Source of the DNA: Hydrolagus colliei
Lineage: Eukaryota
Direction of reading: 5' to 3'
DNA: 64,000 bases
NCBI GenBank assembly: GCA_035084275.1
Contig: CM068748.1
Span: forward strand, 6,262,001-6,326,000
The notes below the pieces were generated by a model. That model did no database searches. It had not been told where the DNA came from and was given only the letters and a program-made list of their open reading frames with translations. Positions 37,136-49,745 of this stretch are shown one piece after another (positions within the stretch are counted from its first letter, which is position 1; every line of letters begins with the position of its first letter). Both the position numbers and the translations under genes were made by a program.

Positions 37136-37604
37136 AAATATTGATTAAATCCTTTCTTAAAAAAAACGTATCTGCTTTGAAACAATATTGCAGGATAAGT
37201 ACAATGAGACACAAACTACATAAAGGATGCTAATTGAATGAGGGTGTGGGAGAAAAATTAACAAAATCTTTCTCATTTCTTCCTCTTCGGAATGCCACAG
37301 CAGAGATAACGAGAGGCAGCAGCTTGTTAGATTGAAATTTCCGGAGAGATCAGACAAACAAACTTATCATCAAATGTTCTTACACAAGGTTTGTAAAAAT
37401 TAGTCCACAGCGATTTGAACATTCTTATCCCAATGGTGAGATTGTTCACCCTTGGACTGTCAAATGAGAAAGATTTTGTTAATTTTTCTCCCACACCCTC
37501 ATTCAATTAGCATCCTTTATGTAGTTTGTGTCTCATTGTACTTATCCTGCAATATTGTTTCAAAGCAGATACGTTTTTTTTAAGAAAGGATTTAATCAAT
37601 ATTT
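37136..37604. repeat. Perfect 143-bp inverted repeat with a 183-bp spacer
   Basis: 37136-37278 is the exact reverse complement of 37462-37604; no TSD seen. Confidence 0.95.
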
Positions 37605-37880
37605 TTTACTCCTCAAATCCTAAAATTCCATTCTTTGAATGACACCAAAATATCAAAAGAATTTAAAGGAACATGAATGTAAATTATTTGTTTGAATATG
37701 GCTACATGCTCTTAAACTGATTATTATTCCCGACCCCCTGGAGCATTTTTCAAATGAATAGAGCAGTGAATTCCAGACAACCAGCTTACTTCCTGTTGAA
37801 CTGGTAAATTAACATAATGGTATAACTGCTAGTTGCACTTCTATTGATTAACAACCTGACAAACTCTCACTTAGGAGAAG

Positions 37881-38779
37881 AGTTAGGGAGAATAGTAAAT
37901 AGGGAGGAGGATAGTAGCCATCTGCAAGAGGATATAGACAAATTGGTAAAGTGGGCAGACACATGGCAGATGAAGTTTAATGCAGAGAAGTGTGAGGTGA
38001 TGCATTTTGGGAGAAGAAATGAAGGGAGGCAATATAGGCTAGATAGTACAATTTTAAATGGTGTGAAGGAACAGAGAGACCTGGGGATTTGTGTTAGTGA
38101 CTCGTTGAAGGTGGCAGGACAGGTAGACAAGGCTGTTAAGAAGGCATATGGGATACTAGGCTTTATAAATAGGGGTATAGAGTACAAAAGTCAGGAAGTG
38201 CTGACTAAGACTTTGGTGAGGCCTCAGCTGGAATACTGTGTTCAATTCTGGTCACCACACTACAGAAAGGATGTGAAGACTTTGGAAAGGGTACAAAGAA
38301 GATTTACTAGGATGGTGCCAGGATTGAGGGACTTCAGCTATGAGGAGAGGCTAGATAGGCTAGGGTTATTCTCTCTGGAGCAGAGAAGATTGAGGGGAGA
38401 CCTAATAGAGGTTTATAAGATCATGAGGGGTTTCGACAGGGCAAATAGAGAAAAACTATTTCCACTCGTGGGTGAATCTGTGACTCGTGGTCACAGATTT
38501 AAAATAGTTTCAAGGCAAAGTAGAGGGGAGCTGAGGAGAATTTTTTTCACTCAGCGAGTTGTTCGAATCTGGAATGCATTGCCTGAAAAGGTGGTGGAGG
38601 CTGATTCGATAACAACTTTTAAAAGGGAATTAGATCTTTATTTAGGGAGAACAGGTCTATTAGGCTATGGGGAGCGGGCAGGGCAGTGGGATTGAATCGC
38701 TCTTTTCAAAGAGCCGGCACAGACTAGATGGGCCGAATGGCCTCCTTTTGTGCCGTAAAATTCTATGAATCTATGAATC
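37881..38779 (+). mobile_element. Young 5'-truncated CR1 LINE (copy 2, ~99% identical to copy 1)
   Basis: Begins just after the FADD motif; open frame to ERAGQWD*; same 3' UTR and tail. About 9 substitutions versus copy 1 by eye. Confidence 0.97.
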
Positions 38780-38912
38780 TAAGATCCCACCATTCCCTGC
38801 AGATTCCTAGCAGTAATCTCAGATACCGCTTGTTTAATATGAATAGAGTGAGGCCATCTTCAGAGATCTGATCAGAGATCCTCATGGAAAATTTTCAGAT
38901 CACATTTTCTCT

Positions 38913-39020
38913 GTGTCCTGTAGTTTAGTGGTTAGGTCACTCACCTTGCTAACGAGAGGACCTCAGTTCGATTACCGGGCAGCTGTAAACTTTGGGCAAG
39001 TTTCCTTACTCTACACGCCT
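38913..39020 (+). mobile_element. Younger SINE head and linker only
   Basis: gtcctgtagtttagtggttagg...agttcgattaccgggcag...tttgggcaagtttccttactctacacgcct. Confidence 0.85.
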
Positions 39021-40494
39021 CTGTTTGTATGAACATACCATATGTGCAAATGACAACACTCCGTTATCAGTTTCATAAATTGTTAAAATAGGTTAACTTT
39101 CACATACCTGTAACTATGAAGCAGGCTGGTTTGTCCACCTTCATGAATCATGTAAGGAAATCATGTAAGGAACATTTTCTGCTTTGCTATTTACCTTGTT
39201 CTTTGTTCTGAGTGGAACATTGTCTTTCTGTTCTGACCTGGGCGTCACTTGAACACTACCTTTAATGATGCTGTGATAGTTATTTTAAAATATTATGGCA
39301 TTAGATACCATGAGACCATCAAACTCAGTGCAAAATTGAGATTAAATATAAAACTTTCCTGATTTGTTATTCTTAGCTTAGCTTATCTTAGTTATTCAGA
39401 GAATGAGTATTAAACGGAGCTCATTTAACTCTTTTAAATGCTGAATTATGGTAACAATCTCAGAAATCCAATGCCTTTGGGATAGTGCTTTTGAAAACCA
39501 TTACATCACTTTCACAAGCTGCAATATAACACTTTGACTGTATAATTGCGATATTGCTTGTACAGTGAAATGGCTTATAATTGACATTCTGTAAACACTA
39601 ATTGCTATTAGCCATTTCCTCGTGAGGAAAATTTATATTATTAATTGGTTCTGGTATTCTGGCAGACAGAAACCCTAAAATGGCTCGATATGCATATAAG
39701 TAAGATGTCCAGTAATCCATCCTAAAAAGCCCAACAATGGTTTTCTTGCAAATTTCACCCAATAAAAATCCCATCTTTTGGATGCTGCCCAATATGGCTA
39801 TGTGTTAATTTTCAAGAGAAATTGTTTGAAAGTTAATTAAGATTGCTATATAATGGAAATTCCAATATTATCAGGGCCAGCAGCTAGCAGGCAGGACTGA
39901 TGTACAGCATTAATCATGCACAACATTATGCTGATAGAAGTAATTTCTCTTGTTCAATGTTTAACTGAGCGGGTGTCAGTTGATGACCTGCATCAATTCT
40001 ATTTGGGACAATAGCTTCTGTTGCACAGCATTATTTATCCATCCACTTACATAGTTTTAGTAATTTAACAGAATAATCACAGACCAAGGTAATGAATGTG
40101 AAAACCTTTTTAACTGTAAAGACATTAACCATATTGTAATGCAGATGTATAATATACACATCCACAACACATCGAAGCTGTCTTGAATTGTCTCATTCTG
40201 CATCCTGAACATTATTAACACATAATTCAATAAGTTTGACACAGCAGAACATCACTTTGAAAAAAAATTGCAGTAACAAATATAGGGGTCCAAACAATTC
40301 CAATACAAAATCATTGGTATATTTAATGCCAGGTTTAGGGTGTGTGTGGGGGGGTGGGTGGAGGGGATAGATGGTTTTGTGCCAGTTCAATTTTGCTCAG
40401 TTTTGTGATGTAAATATCTTTACTAACATGAAGGAAGTGGACCAGTCAATCACATTAGCAGTTAGGCAGCTAAATCAGGTCATGATACAATCCA

Positions 40495-40555
40495 GTACAA
40501 AATTACATTTGTATAGCACCTTTCACGTCGGGAGGATATCCCAAGGCACCTAGTA
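40495..40555 (-). mobile_element. L2/SINE tail
   Basis: caaaattacatttgtatagcacctttcacgtcgggaggatatcccaaggc. Confidence 0.7.
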
Positions 40556-41454
40556 ATCATACAAGAGCAAGGAATTTCCCAAAGCTGGAGCTCAGTTACC
40601 AGCCCCACGTGGGAACCAGCATTTGAACTCTTGAACACATGGTGTTATCATCTGACGATATAGGCTACTGAACAATAATAATACATTTCTGGACAGGGAA
40701 ATATGCTCAATAGGCTTGCTTGATTTGCATTTCAGTGGAACTTCTGAACTAACGTTTGATTTAACTAAACATTTCCACTGTGCACAGTATTGGATCCATG
40801 AAATCACCCAAGAGGATCTGTTTGTCAAGAAAATTTAAATGAACAGTGGTGGACTGGCTATACAGGAATCCAGGACATTTCCCAAGCGTCCCATTGATCG
40901 GCTCTGGAGTACCTCATGAATCCGCGGCTTTATTTAGCATCAGAATCCCAAGCCTTTTGGGAAGCCAGTCTGCTGCTCAAAGTGAATCCTGTGTAAAAGC
41001 AGCGGGGCTTTGAAATAATGAGCCCTGAAGTCTTACTTAGAAGATAATTTGTTCTGTTACATTGGACAAAGAAATCTGTATTGAGGGACTTATAACACAA
41101 ATAGGCAGGGGAAAATTAGTTTGCTAGCATTGGTATTCTTAATAAGCTTTCTTATCTAAACTAACAAATGAACAGGACCATTACATTTCTGATAGAACAG
41201 TTTCTGATTATGTGACATGTGGGTTTCCGAAATTGCCTTCTTCCTAATGAACTATTAAATGAATGTAAAATAACTATCACATCATATCTTCAATATACCT
41301 AACATACTTTGTCAGCCTAAATAAACTGTTCTCTTTTATCAAAAATCAGCCACAAGTATAATTTTAAAATACATCATTCAAATATTTTCACAGATATAAA
41401 TAATTCTCAAACAAAATCAACTCATTCTTTAGTTATACAGATTTCTTTCATTTA

Positions 41455-41645
41455 CGTGCATCAACTTCATCTTTCGCCCACAAATATAGAGTCAATTTTC
41501 CTACTTTCCTTCCCCCAACCACAACCCCTCCCCCCCTGCTCTATCCCAACCTTGGGACATTGATGTATTCTGTGAAGCGCTTTGACAGGTCGATAAGACG
41601 TGGAAAGCGCTATATAAACTTAAGGATTACTATTTATTATTATTA
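41455..41645 (+). mobile_element. Hybrid SINE 3' part: CT-rich body joined to a TTA-type tail
   Basis: ttcgcccacaaat...ccccctgctctatcccaaccttgggacat, then gtattctgtgaagcgctttgac...aaggattactatttattatt. Confidence 0.75.
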
Positions 41646-42153
41646 TTTTAGAACAGTCAGGATAAAAGGACAAATATGCACATAGTTTGTACTTTACAAC
41701 TGTTAACCTCTTATTCATTGACTTCATTGGTTTTACAAACAATGAAAAGGCCAGACCAGTGAAGACTGAATTATAGAAGTGACAGGTCAATCCACAGCCA
41801 TGATCATGTCAATTCATTTGTAACTCCCACTTTTTAGTCTGCTGAGATTTTCTGTACCCATAAGGTCATCTTTGGCAATCTAAAGGTTAAAACTAACATG
41901 ATAAAGAGATTATAAGTGCTATAACATTTTCAGAGAGATAGACTGGTTCAATTTTAAATCCATCTCAAAGCATTAAGTCTTTTTAATGCATTATGGAATG
42001 ATTCTGATGTTATGAAAGTACTTTGCTGACAGCCATTACCGTCATTCCCTTGCAGTATTTGCACAGCACGCAGTTCATCTTTTGGAGTGATTCATGAAAA
42101 CCTTTGAACTAAATTTGTGTGTGTGTGTGAGAGAGAGAGGTGTGGAAAGTATG

Positions 42154-42505
42154 TAATAATAATAATCTTTGCATTTGATATAGCGCTTTTCACATCTTAT
42201 CGACGTCCCAAAGCGCTTCACAGAATATACTGTAAAGTGAATTGACTGTATATTTGTGGACGAATTGCGACAGCCAATTGCGCACAGGAGTGTCTCACAA
42301 ACAGTTGTGGATTGAAATGGCCAATTTTATTATTGTGATTTTTTGGGACAGATTATTATTAGGTGTGTGGAGTAAGGAAACTTGCCCAAGGTTTTGCCCT
42401 GACCTGCCTGGATTCGAACACAGGTCTCCCCAGCTTGGTCTCCCCAGCTTGGTCTCCCCAGCTTGCAAGACAAGTGCTCTAACCACTAACCCACAGGAGC
42501 TCCAC
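42154..42505 (-). mobile_element. Younger tRNA-head SINE, full length, with a 14-bp x3 expansion in the head
   Basis: ggtctccccagctt occurs three times at 42423-42464. Confidence 0.92.
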
Positions 42506-42711
42506 TAAGATGTATTAAGATGAATCATGTCTGATGCCAAATAAATTTTATTTTGTTCAACCATTAAGCACTCCCAGGTAAAGTGTAGCATGATATAAAT
42601 GGAGAAGTTACATTTTTTCAATTATACACCAGAGTTGTATGATAACCCACTATCCACTTAGCAAGGGCTCACATCTGTATTTGTCACCTACATATATACA
42701 GTCACTACATT

Positions 42712-43022
42712 GTGGAGTCCTATAACTCATTGGATAGAGCACTCACCTTACAAACGAGTGACCTGGGTTAGATTCCAAGCAGGGCAAAACTTTGGGCAAG
42801 TTTCCTTACTCCACACACCTGATATTAGTCCCTCAAAAAGAAATAATGAATTGGTCGTTTCAATCCACGACTGTTTGTGGGACATTCTGTGTGCAATTGG
42901 CTGCCGCATTTCGCCCACAAATATACAGTCAATTCACTTTAACATATATTCTGTGAAGCATTTTGAGATGCCTAGAAGATGTGAAAAGTGCATATCAAAT
43001 GCAAGGATTACTATTATTATTT
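42712..43022 (+). mobile_element. Younger tRNA-head SINE, full length
   Basis: gtggagtcctataactcattggatagagcactcaccttacaaacgag... through gcaaggattactattatt. Confidence 0.92.
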
Positions 43023-44024
43023 AAAAGTATATTCAGTGAAGCACTGTGATATATTTTCCTGATAAGAAAGGTGCTATACAAAATGCAAGGATTATGAATT
43101 ATTATTAACTCCTGGAACCAGAATGTCTAAAAAAAAGTTAAATGTTGTTTGTATAATCTAACCTAATTGCACAGTCTCATTCTTTATTTGCCTAACAGCA
43201 AAGTCATAGAAATAAAACTAGAACCTGTGCCTTAAGCACAAATGGAAATTAAGGCAAATTAAGTGCGTATGCAAATAGCTTTGAAATATTTTCTTACAAC
43301 TTGCCTAATGTATTCACATTGCCAAGCCTCAGGCAATATCAGCATGAGAAAATAATTCACTGTTTTTAAACAGAATAGCACACAATAATAGCACACAAAA
43401 GCATTTACTTTGTCATTCTCCCTAGCTAATTTTATCTTCACTGAAATTCCTAATTGATTACTGACTCTCTATTTCACGTTATGCACCATTATTTCATGGA
43501 TTGAGTATAATGAAAAGCATTAGTTGCAGGGCCAGAATTCAGTTCTAAATTATCATCTCCATAACAGTTCATAGCCTTGTCAGTAATGGATGCTCTACCA
43601 ACATTTAGTTTGAGATACAGTACACTGTTGGACTGAGTAATGGAAGCTCTGCATCTATACTAATGAGTGTTTAATACTGATTAGGTGGGGAGGAGTAGAA
43701 ACAGTTCCATTCCCTAAACTAACATCCGCCCAGTGATAAGTAAAACATCACACATTCCAATTATTTCCAAAATGTAAATGATGTGTGGTTAATTGCTCTG
43801 CGTAAATTCTAATTTTATTAAATGTTATACCAACCTCACTTGAAAAGACAGACTCAAAACTATTCCAATCTTTGGCATTTAGTTAAATCTTCAGTCTGTT
43901 ACATTTGCAAAGCATTTACATTTTAAATTTCAGCAATCCATAGTTGCAATTATATTTACCCAACCTATGTCTGGTGAGCTTGCCACTAAAGTATATTTAA
44001 CACCTAATGTTGGTTTATGAAGAT

Positions 44025-44477
44025 AACAATCCTTTCATTTGATATAACACCTTATCACATCATTGAGATGGCCAAAGCACTTCACGGGATAATAATAATC
44101 CTTGCATTTGAAATAGTGCCTTATCGTGTCTTCAAGACATATCCAAGTGCTTCACAGAATATACCGTAAAGAGAATTGACTGTATATTTAGTGGGAGAAA
44201 TACCACAGCCAATTGCATGAATTGAGCTACCAAACCCACAAACAGTAATGTATTGAGCGATATAAATTATTTTTAAAAAGGGATTTAAAAAAAGGGATTA
44301 TTACCTCAGAAAAGCAATCCGTCAATCGACTAACAATTGGGTTCCTACTTACTGCTATGTAAACAGATACATGTGGAGTAAGGAAAGTTCCCCAACGTTT
44401 CACCCTGCCTGGGAATCAAATCCAAGTCCTCTCACTTGCGAGGTGAGTGCTCTAAGCACTAAGCTACAGGACTCCAC
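44025..44477 (-). mobile_element. Younger SINE (long-linker variant) plus an extra tail
   Basis: Head gtggagtcctgtagcttagtgcttagagcac; ~70-bp extra linker shared with 54481-54770. Confidence 0.88.
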
Positions 44478-45639
44478 ATAGGATCATTGTAAAGTGGATC
44501 AAATGTGTATTTTGTGGGAGAAAGCATTATTTATGAGCAAGCATTATTTGCTTGACGTGCAAATTTTAGAATAAGTATGAAAATGAAACACGAGTGCATC
44601 ATCATTGTCTTATTGCAGCTAGGCATGGTTTTCAATGGAGCATGTAGTTGCACAGAAGGATAACAACATTAAAATATGCCTCAGTCACAGCAATTACACA
44701 AATAAGGAAGCATACTAGAAATTCTGATAATTTTCTTACATTTCCACCATGTTAACAAAAATTGTACCTGTACTTAGTTATGCCTTTTTTTTTTATAGAA
44801 AGATTATTCCGCCGCAAACAAAAATTCAAGTGTTCCAGGATCATCATAATTTTCAAATCAATCAAAATCCTCTTACATTTTCTCTGATTCAGTCAACCAA
44901 CTCGGGAAACTTCTAAAATAGAGTGCAAAATAAATGCTTATCTTCATTTTCAATTAATGATACCAATTTCCCTGTTATCCTCAATATTAAAGAATTGTTG
45001 AATAATATCTAAAAAGTGCTCACTGAGTTTTCTATTGTATACAGTTCAGGAAATTCATATCTTATTTATCTTATACCGTGCAAGACTCAAACACCTGGAT
45101 GTTCATTTTGTTGAGCAAAGCTTTTTTTTTACTGTTTCTTGATTTGAAAGAGAGTTTTGTCAGATTCATGCATATAAATAAAGATGAATTTTCATAATTA
45201 GCACAGTTCTGAGCAACTCTGCCAAGTAGTGCCTTATAACTCAATTAGGGAGCGGCTAAACAAAGACAACAGAAAATATTGTTTCCTCTTTTTATTGCTT
45301 CAGTAATTTCGTACATAAATGAGCAAAACTGTTCAGATGGCAAAACTAGAAAGAAGAAAGAGTTTATGTCAGCAAACTACAAATAGAATGCATCTACGAG
45401 CATTTGCTTACAATTACCTGATATGGAGCATGGGATAGACTCACAAAGTTTAAGTCTCTTCATCATTCAGTTGGCTGAGCACCCTGTAGATCATGTAACA
45501 TCCTCTCAGAATAGTTGAACAATTCAGTCTCAAATTGAAAAGGCAGTGGAATTTATTGTTTCCTTTCTATGGAATGGTTGACGAACCAATTAACTCTTCC
45601 CTTATGTTTTCTCAACTTGGGGTGCTTCAGGTCAGGTTT

Positions 45640-46010
45640 TCAATTCCTCCCTCCACAGATTGCAGATCGTCCAGAACTCTGCAGCCTGTGTCCTCTCCCT
45701 CATTAGGCTCCATGACCCTATCACCCCATCCTGATCTGACTACATTGACTTCCTATCACACAAAGTTCAGGTTCAAGATACTGGTCTTCACCTTCTAAGC
45801 CCTCCATGGTCTCACACCCACCTATCTCTGTGACCTCCTAAACCCCTACCAACCTGTCCACTCCTTCCGCTCAGCTGGCTCTGGCCTGCTTCATATCCCC
45901 TGACTCACCCGCCCCACCATTAGTGGGTGCGCCTTCAGCCACTCTGCCCCCACCTCTAGAACTCCATCCCGGAGTCCCTAGGCTTCACCCATCCCCTGCC
46001 TCCTTCAAAG
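45640..46010 (+). mobile_element. L2 ORF2 C-terminal fragment
   Basis: LHRLQIVQNSAACVLS...HDPITP, FKILVFTF*ALHGLTPTYLCDLL and SGCAFSHSAP. Confidence 0.9.
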
Positions 46011-47059
46011 TAATTATTATTACGACGGATTTCAAGGTTAATTTGCCTTAAAGATTTATTACCAAGTATTGACAAAAGGAAATGCATAGATAAATAATAA
46101 CACTCAAATATTTATAAATTATACTAGTTCAATAGAGAGAGAACCACAACTTTGTATTACATGTAATTAAGCCTGTTTTTCTATGCAACGTTTCACTCAT
46201 TAGAAATTCATTGCATCCAAATCTGGATTTTGCTTATTTAATAATGAGTTAGACCTACTACCAACAATTTAATGAAATGGGAAAGCCATTGAGTTCAAGT
46301 TCAATGAACAAACTATGCACGTTGAAATTTCTGCACTTGTGACAATTATTTGAGAAGGTTGATTTATGTTGTATTAAATAAACGTAAAGAGAATGTGCTT
46401 CAATGCATACTTTCTCGCGTTGAAATGTAATGGGAAACTTCACAAGATAATAACAAAGCTAATCATTATGTGACTCAATGCCTCCCATAGCTGTAACATT
46501 TAACACAGTCAGTCACTGTGCAGAACAGGTGGAACATGATGAGAGGAAATATTGTTCCCTATTGGCATCTGCTGTGGATTCCAGCATTCTGGTATACTGT
46601 ATTACTTTGCCTGCTCTACATAAATGCAAGTTGTTGTTGTTGTTTTTTTTACCATCGCTTACTTAATAATGACTTAGACCTAGTGTAAAAAAAAATTATG
46701 TACGCACCTCTATTTGTCAAAACTTGTTTATCCTGGAATTCCATTAAAAACTTCAAAGCTCCATTAAAGTGATTTTACTTTGCATTAGATGAGGCAGAAT
46801 TGCATTCTTTTTGGATAACAATAGCTGAGTTGAAAATATACATTTGACTTACAAATATAATTGATTACTTTAAGATGCTAATTATTAAGTGATGAAAATG
46901 CAAGAAATGACTTTTATCATCTTCCATATCACCTTTTTCACAGCCATAAGTGAAAGTTCAGATTAAATATCTAATTTACTAGGCATTGATTTATGTATTA
47001 TGTAATGATTGATGTTTTTCTTGTAAATATATACCAATATTTTAGAGAACTACAGAAAA

Positions 47060-47361
47060 CTAGCTATAACACCGCGTAACATACGCAGCCTACTGTTTTT
47101 GAACACGTTTATTCATATATTTCAAAACTTTTTTAAAATAATGTATTTGTTGTTGACAAAAAAGGGTGAGCTTTAATCACTGGGTTGTTTTTCTTTGTTG
47201 TTGTTTTTTGTTTGATTTTAAGCTGTATTGGTTTTTGTTTTCCTGTTAGAAGTTCATTGTTACAATTGCGGAAACATACCTAATTGCATAGATAGATTTG
47301 ACACATCCGCGTCAGGAGGACACAATTGCGGAAACATACCTAAGGCTTTTATATCTATAGA
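47060..47361 (-). mobile_element. Non-autonomous Helitron (302 bp)
   Basis: Minus strand A|TC...CTAG|T with no TSD; GC hairpin gcgta-tgt-tacgc about 10 nt before CTAG; internal 22-bp direct repeat. Confidence 0.7.
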
Positions 47362-48058
47362 TACACCAAATTAAGGCATTAGAAAACGTTTCCAAAAAAT
47401 GTGCAGTACAGTACTTTGTTTTGAACTCTGTTGCTTAACTTCTACACTATTTGCAAGCAAATTAGCCAATTAGCCTCACTTGCTTGCATTACTTAACTCA
47501 CAATCAAATGTTACACTCACAAAGTTGTATTGAATATTTGTATGAAATTAATGATAGTTTTAATCCTATACTGTATTTGGCCTGATTGTTACAGTCACCT
47601 TAAACAAAAAGTTGATTTAGAATTTTTGCAGCAGTGTTGAAGCACCTAACACTTCTTAATAGAATGCACAAAAGAAAAATTGCAATATGAACCTTCCCAT
47701 CAAGTCAAATTCTATTTCAGAATGTCTTGGGATATTACTGACAGATTTGAAATCCAATCCACACCCCTAGGGCCTAAAATTCACTCATTAGTAAAGCTGT
47801 CTAGCATAGCGACAAGCATTATACACACTATTAAGATTGGTTAACTTTACAAACCAGTTGAATTTCACCACATAGATGTCACTAAATACCTTTCAATCCA
47901 ACTAGTAAAACCTAATGCCTGGAAATTGGTGCCTGGAAACTGTATCAAATTTAAAATTATGTTAGGCTACTAACGTATTATTCTATAGTTGAGGCAAAAT
48001 GGGTAAAATCTATGGAGTGAAGTCCATTGAAATATGTACTCGACACACATGTAATTTA

Positions 48059-48184
<126 letters not shown>

Positions 48185-49199
48185 TCAAATTGTAGAGTCA
48201 TGGTGTGTTAAACATACAGTTTATATATCATCTTTTTTTTAATACTGGCTACCATTATAAGTGGAAGATTATTTTCTGTAAAGACAATAGCAGCATATAT
48301 TTAGTTTACATGGAGGCTCATTTAAATTATTTAAGCCTCTGTTAACAATACGTTGCAAACATCAATTCAGTTTCAAAATCATTACAGTAGAAATGTGTAG
48401 GAAATTTATATTTTTCCAACAATGTTCAAATTAAACATAAAAATACCATAGAATAATTTTAGTAATATATACAGGGTAGTGAGTTACCTGGTTTATCACA
48501 TCAATAAATAAACATACCCTATTTCCAGACTTAGGCAAGGTAACAGAGATTTAGAACATTTGATTCAGAGGAAAAAGTACATTTTATAACCTACTTATAA
48601 TATATAAACAATATATACAATATAATGTGTACAATACAATATATTAGTGCACCTCACTTAATAGCATGACAAGTATTTTCTTTTATAATGTATGGATTTA
48701 ATATTTCAGAGGCGAGAGAAATCTATTTTCCAAATAGTTTAAAAATAAAATGTTTCCAGCAATTGTTTACCGAGCTAATAACCATTTTTATCTTTGGCGT
48801 GACCATGAACCAAAACAAAATATTTTAAAATCAAGCTCTGATTTTCAGTTTTTATATGAAATAAAAATGAATTTCCATGACTTTCATTCGAATTTTCACA
48901 TTGAGTAACAGAGCTAAAACCTTTCTCATTCTCTATGGATTCCATGAAGAATATCCCATGCATTTGATACAACGCCAAGCAAATTTTCCAGAAGTCACAC
49001 GCTGAGTTCTGTTAAGAAGTGAAAGGAACTCGCCTGGTCAATTGGAGGGCACTGAAGCAGCCTTCACACCTTCCTCTCCTAATTGTAGTTTATTTTAGAA
49101 TCCAATTGAAATATTTCAGTGCACTTTAATAAATGGGAAATTTGTTACAATTTAAGTACTTTCCACCACACAGTTATAGCAATCTATGTCCCTGAAGAC

Positions 49200-49450
49200 A
49201 ACTAGCTCGTTCCCAGACCTCAATCAAAACCGACGCCACTTTAACTGGCTTCCTGGAGCTGGACAGTGGAGGCCCAGTTGATTTACCCTCCAGTGTTTCC
49301 TTAACCTCATTTGTGAAGTGCTTTGCTTCTGCTTGCCATTTTCCAGATAATGTGTCTAATATCAGCAACTTACCATTTGAACACTTAAAGTACAAAATTG
49401 CATTCTTGAATGCTGATGCGCAATGCCCTAATAAGTGAAGTACTCTGTCA
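49200..49450 (-). mobile_element. Possible Penelope N-terminal fossil (tentative)
   Basis: ~95 open codons including FKNAILYFKCSNGKLLILDT...QAEAKH (cf. LKNNxDIxIKPADKGGAVVILDT..Y..EA). Confidence 0.25.
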
Positions 49451-49559
49451 CTTGGTCTCTGATGTTATGTTTCACAAACTTGTTGAACAGAATTCAAGAA
49501 AGGGAAATGTAGAGAATGACATTCATTTCAAATGCAGTATCAGACATTAATACACCATG

Positions 49560-49745
49560 TATAGGATACAATGGAGAGAGGTGGGAGGCACGATCGAAAA
49601 TGAGGGTTTTGAGATCGGCCATGAAGGAGGCAAGATAGGAAGCGAGGTGGAGGGATTGTGGGATGGAGTTCCAGAGTGTGGGGGCAGAGAGCCTGAAAGT
49701 GGGGTGAGGCAGTGGCGGAGTCTGGCAATGTTGTGGAGGTTGTGG
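49560..49745 (-). mobile_element. L2 3' fragment
   Basis: Reverse complement reads SAPTLWNSIPQSLHL...DLKTLIFDRA. Confidence 0.8.

Noticed and set aside
42423-42464. Three 14-bp direct repeats
   Set aside because: No spacers; slippage inside a SINE head, not a CRISPR array. No prokaryotic features were seen in the window.
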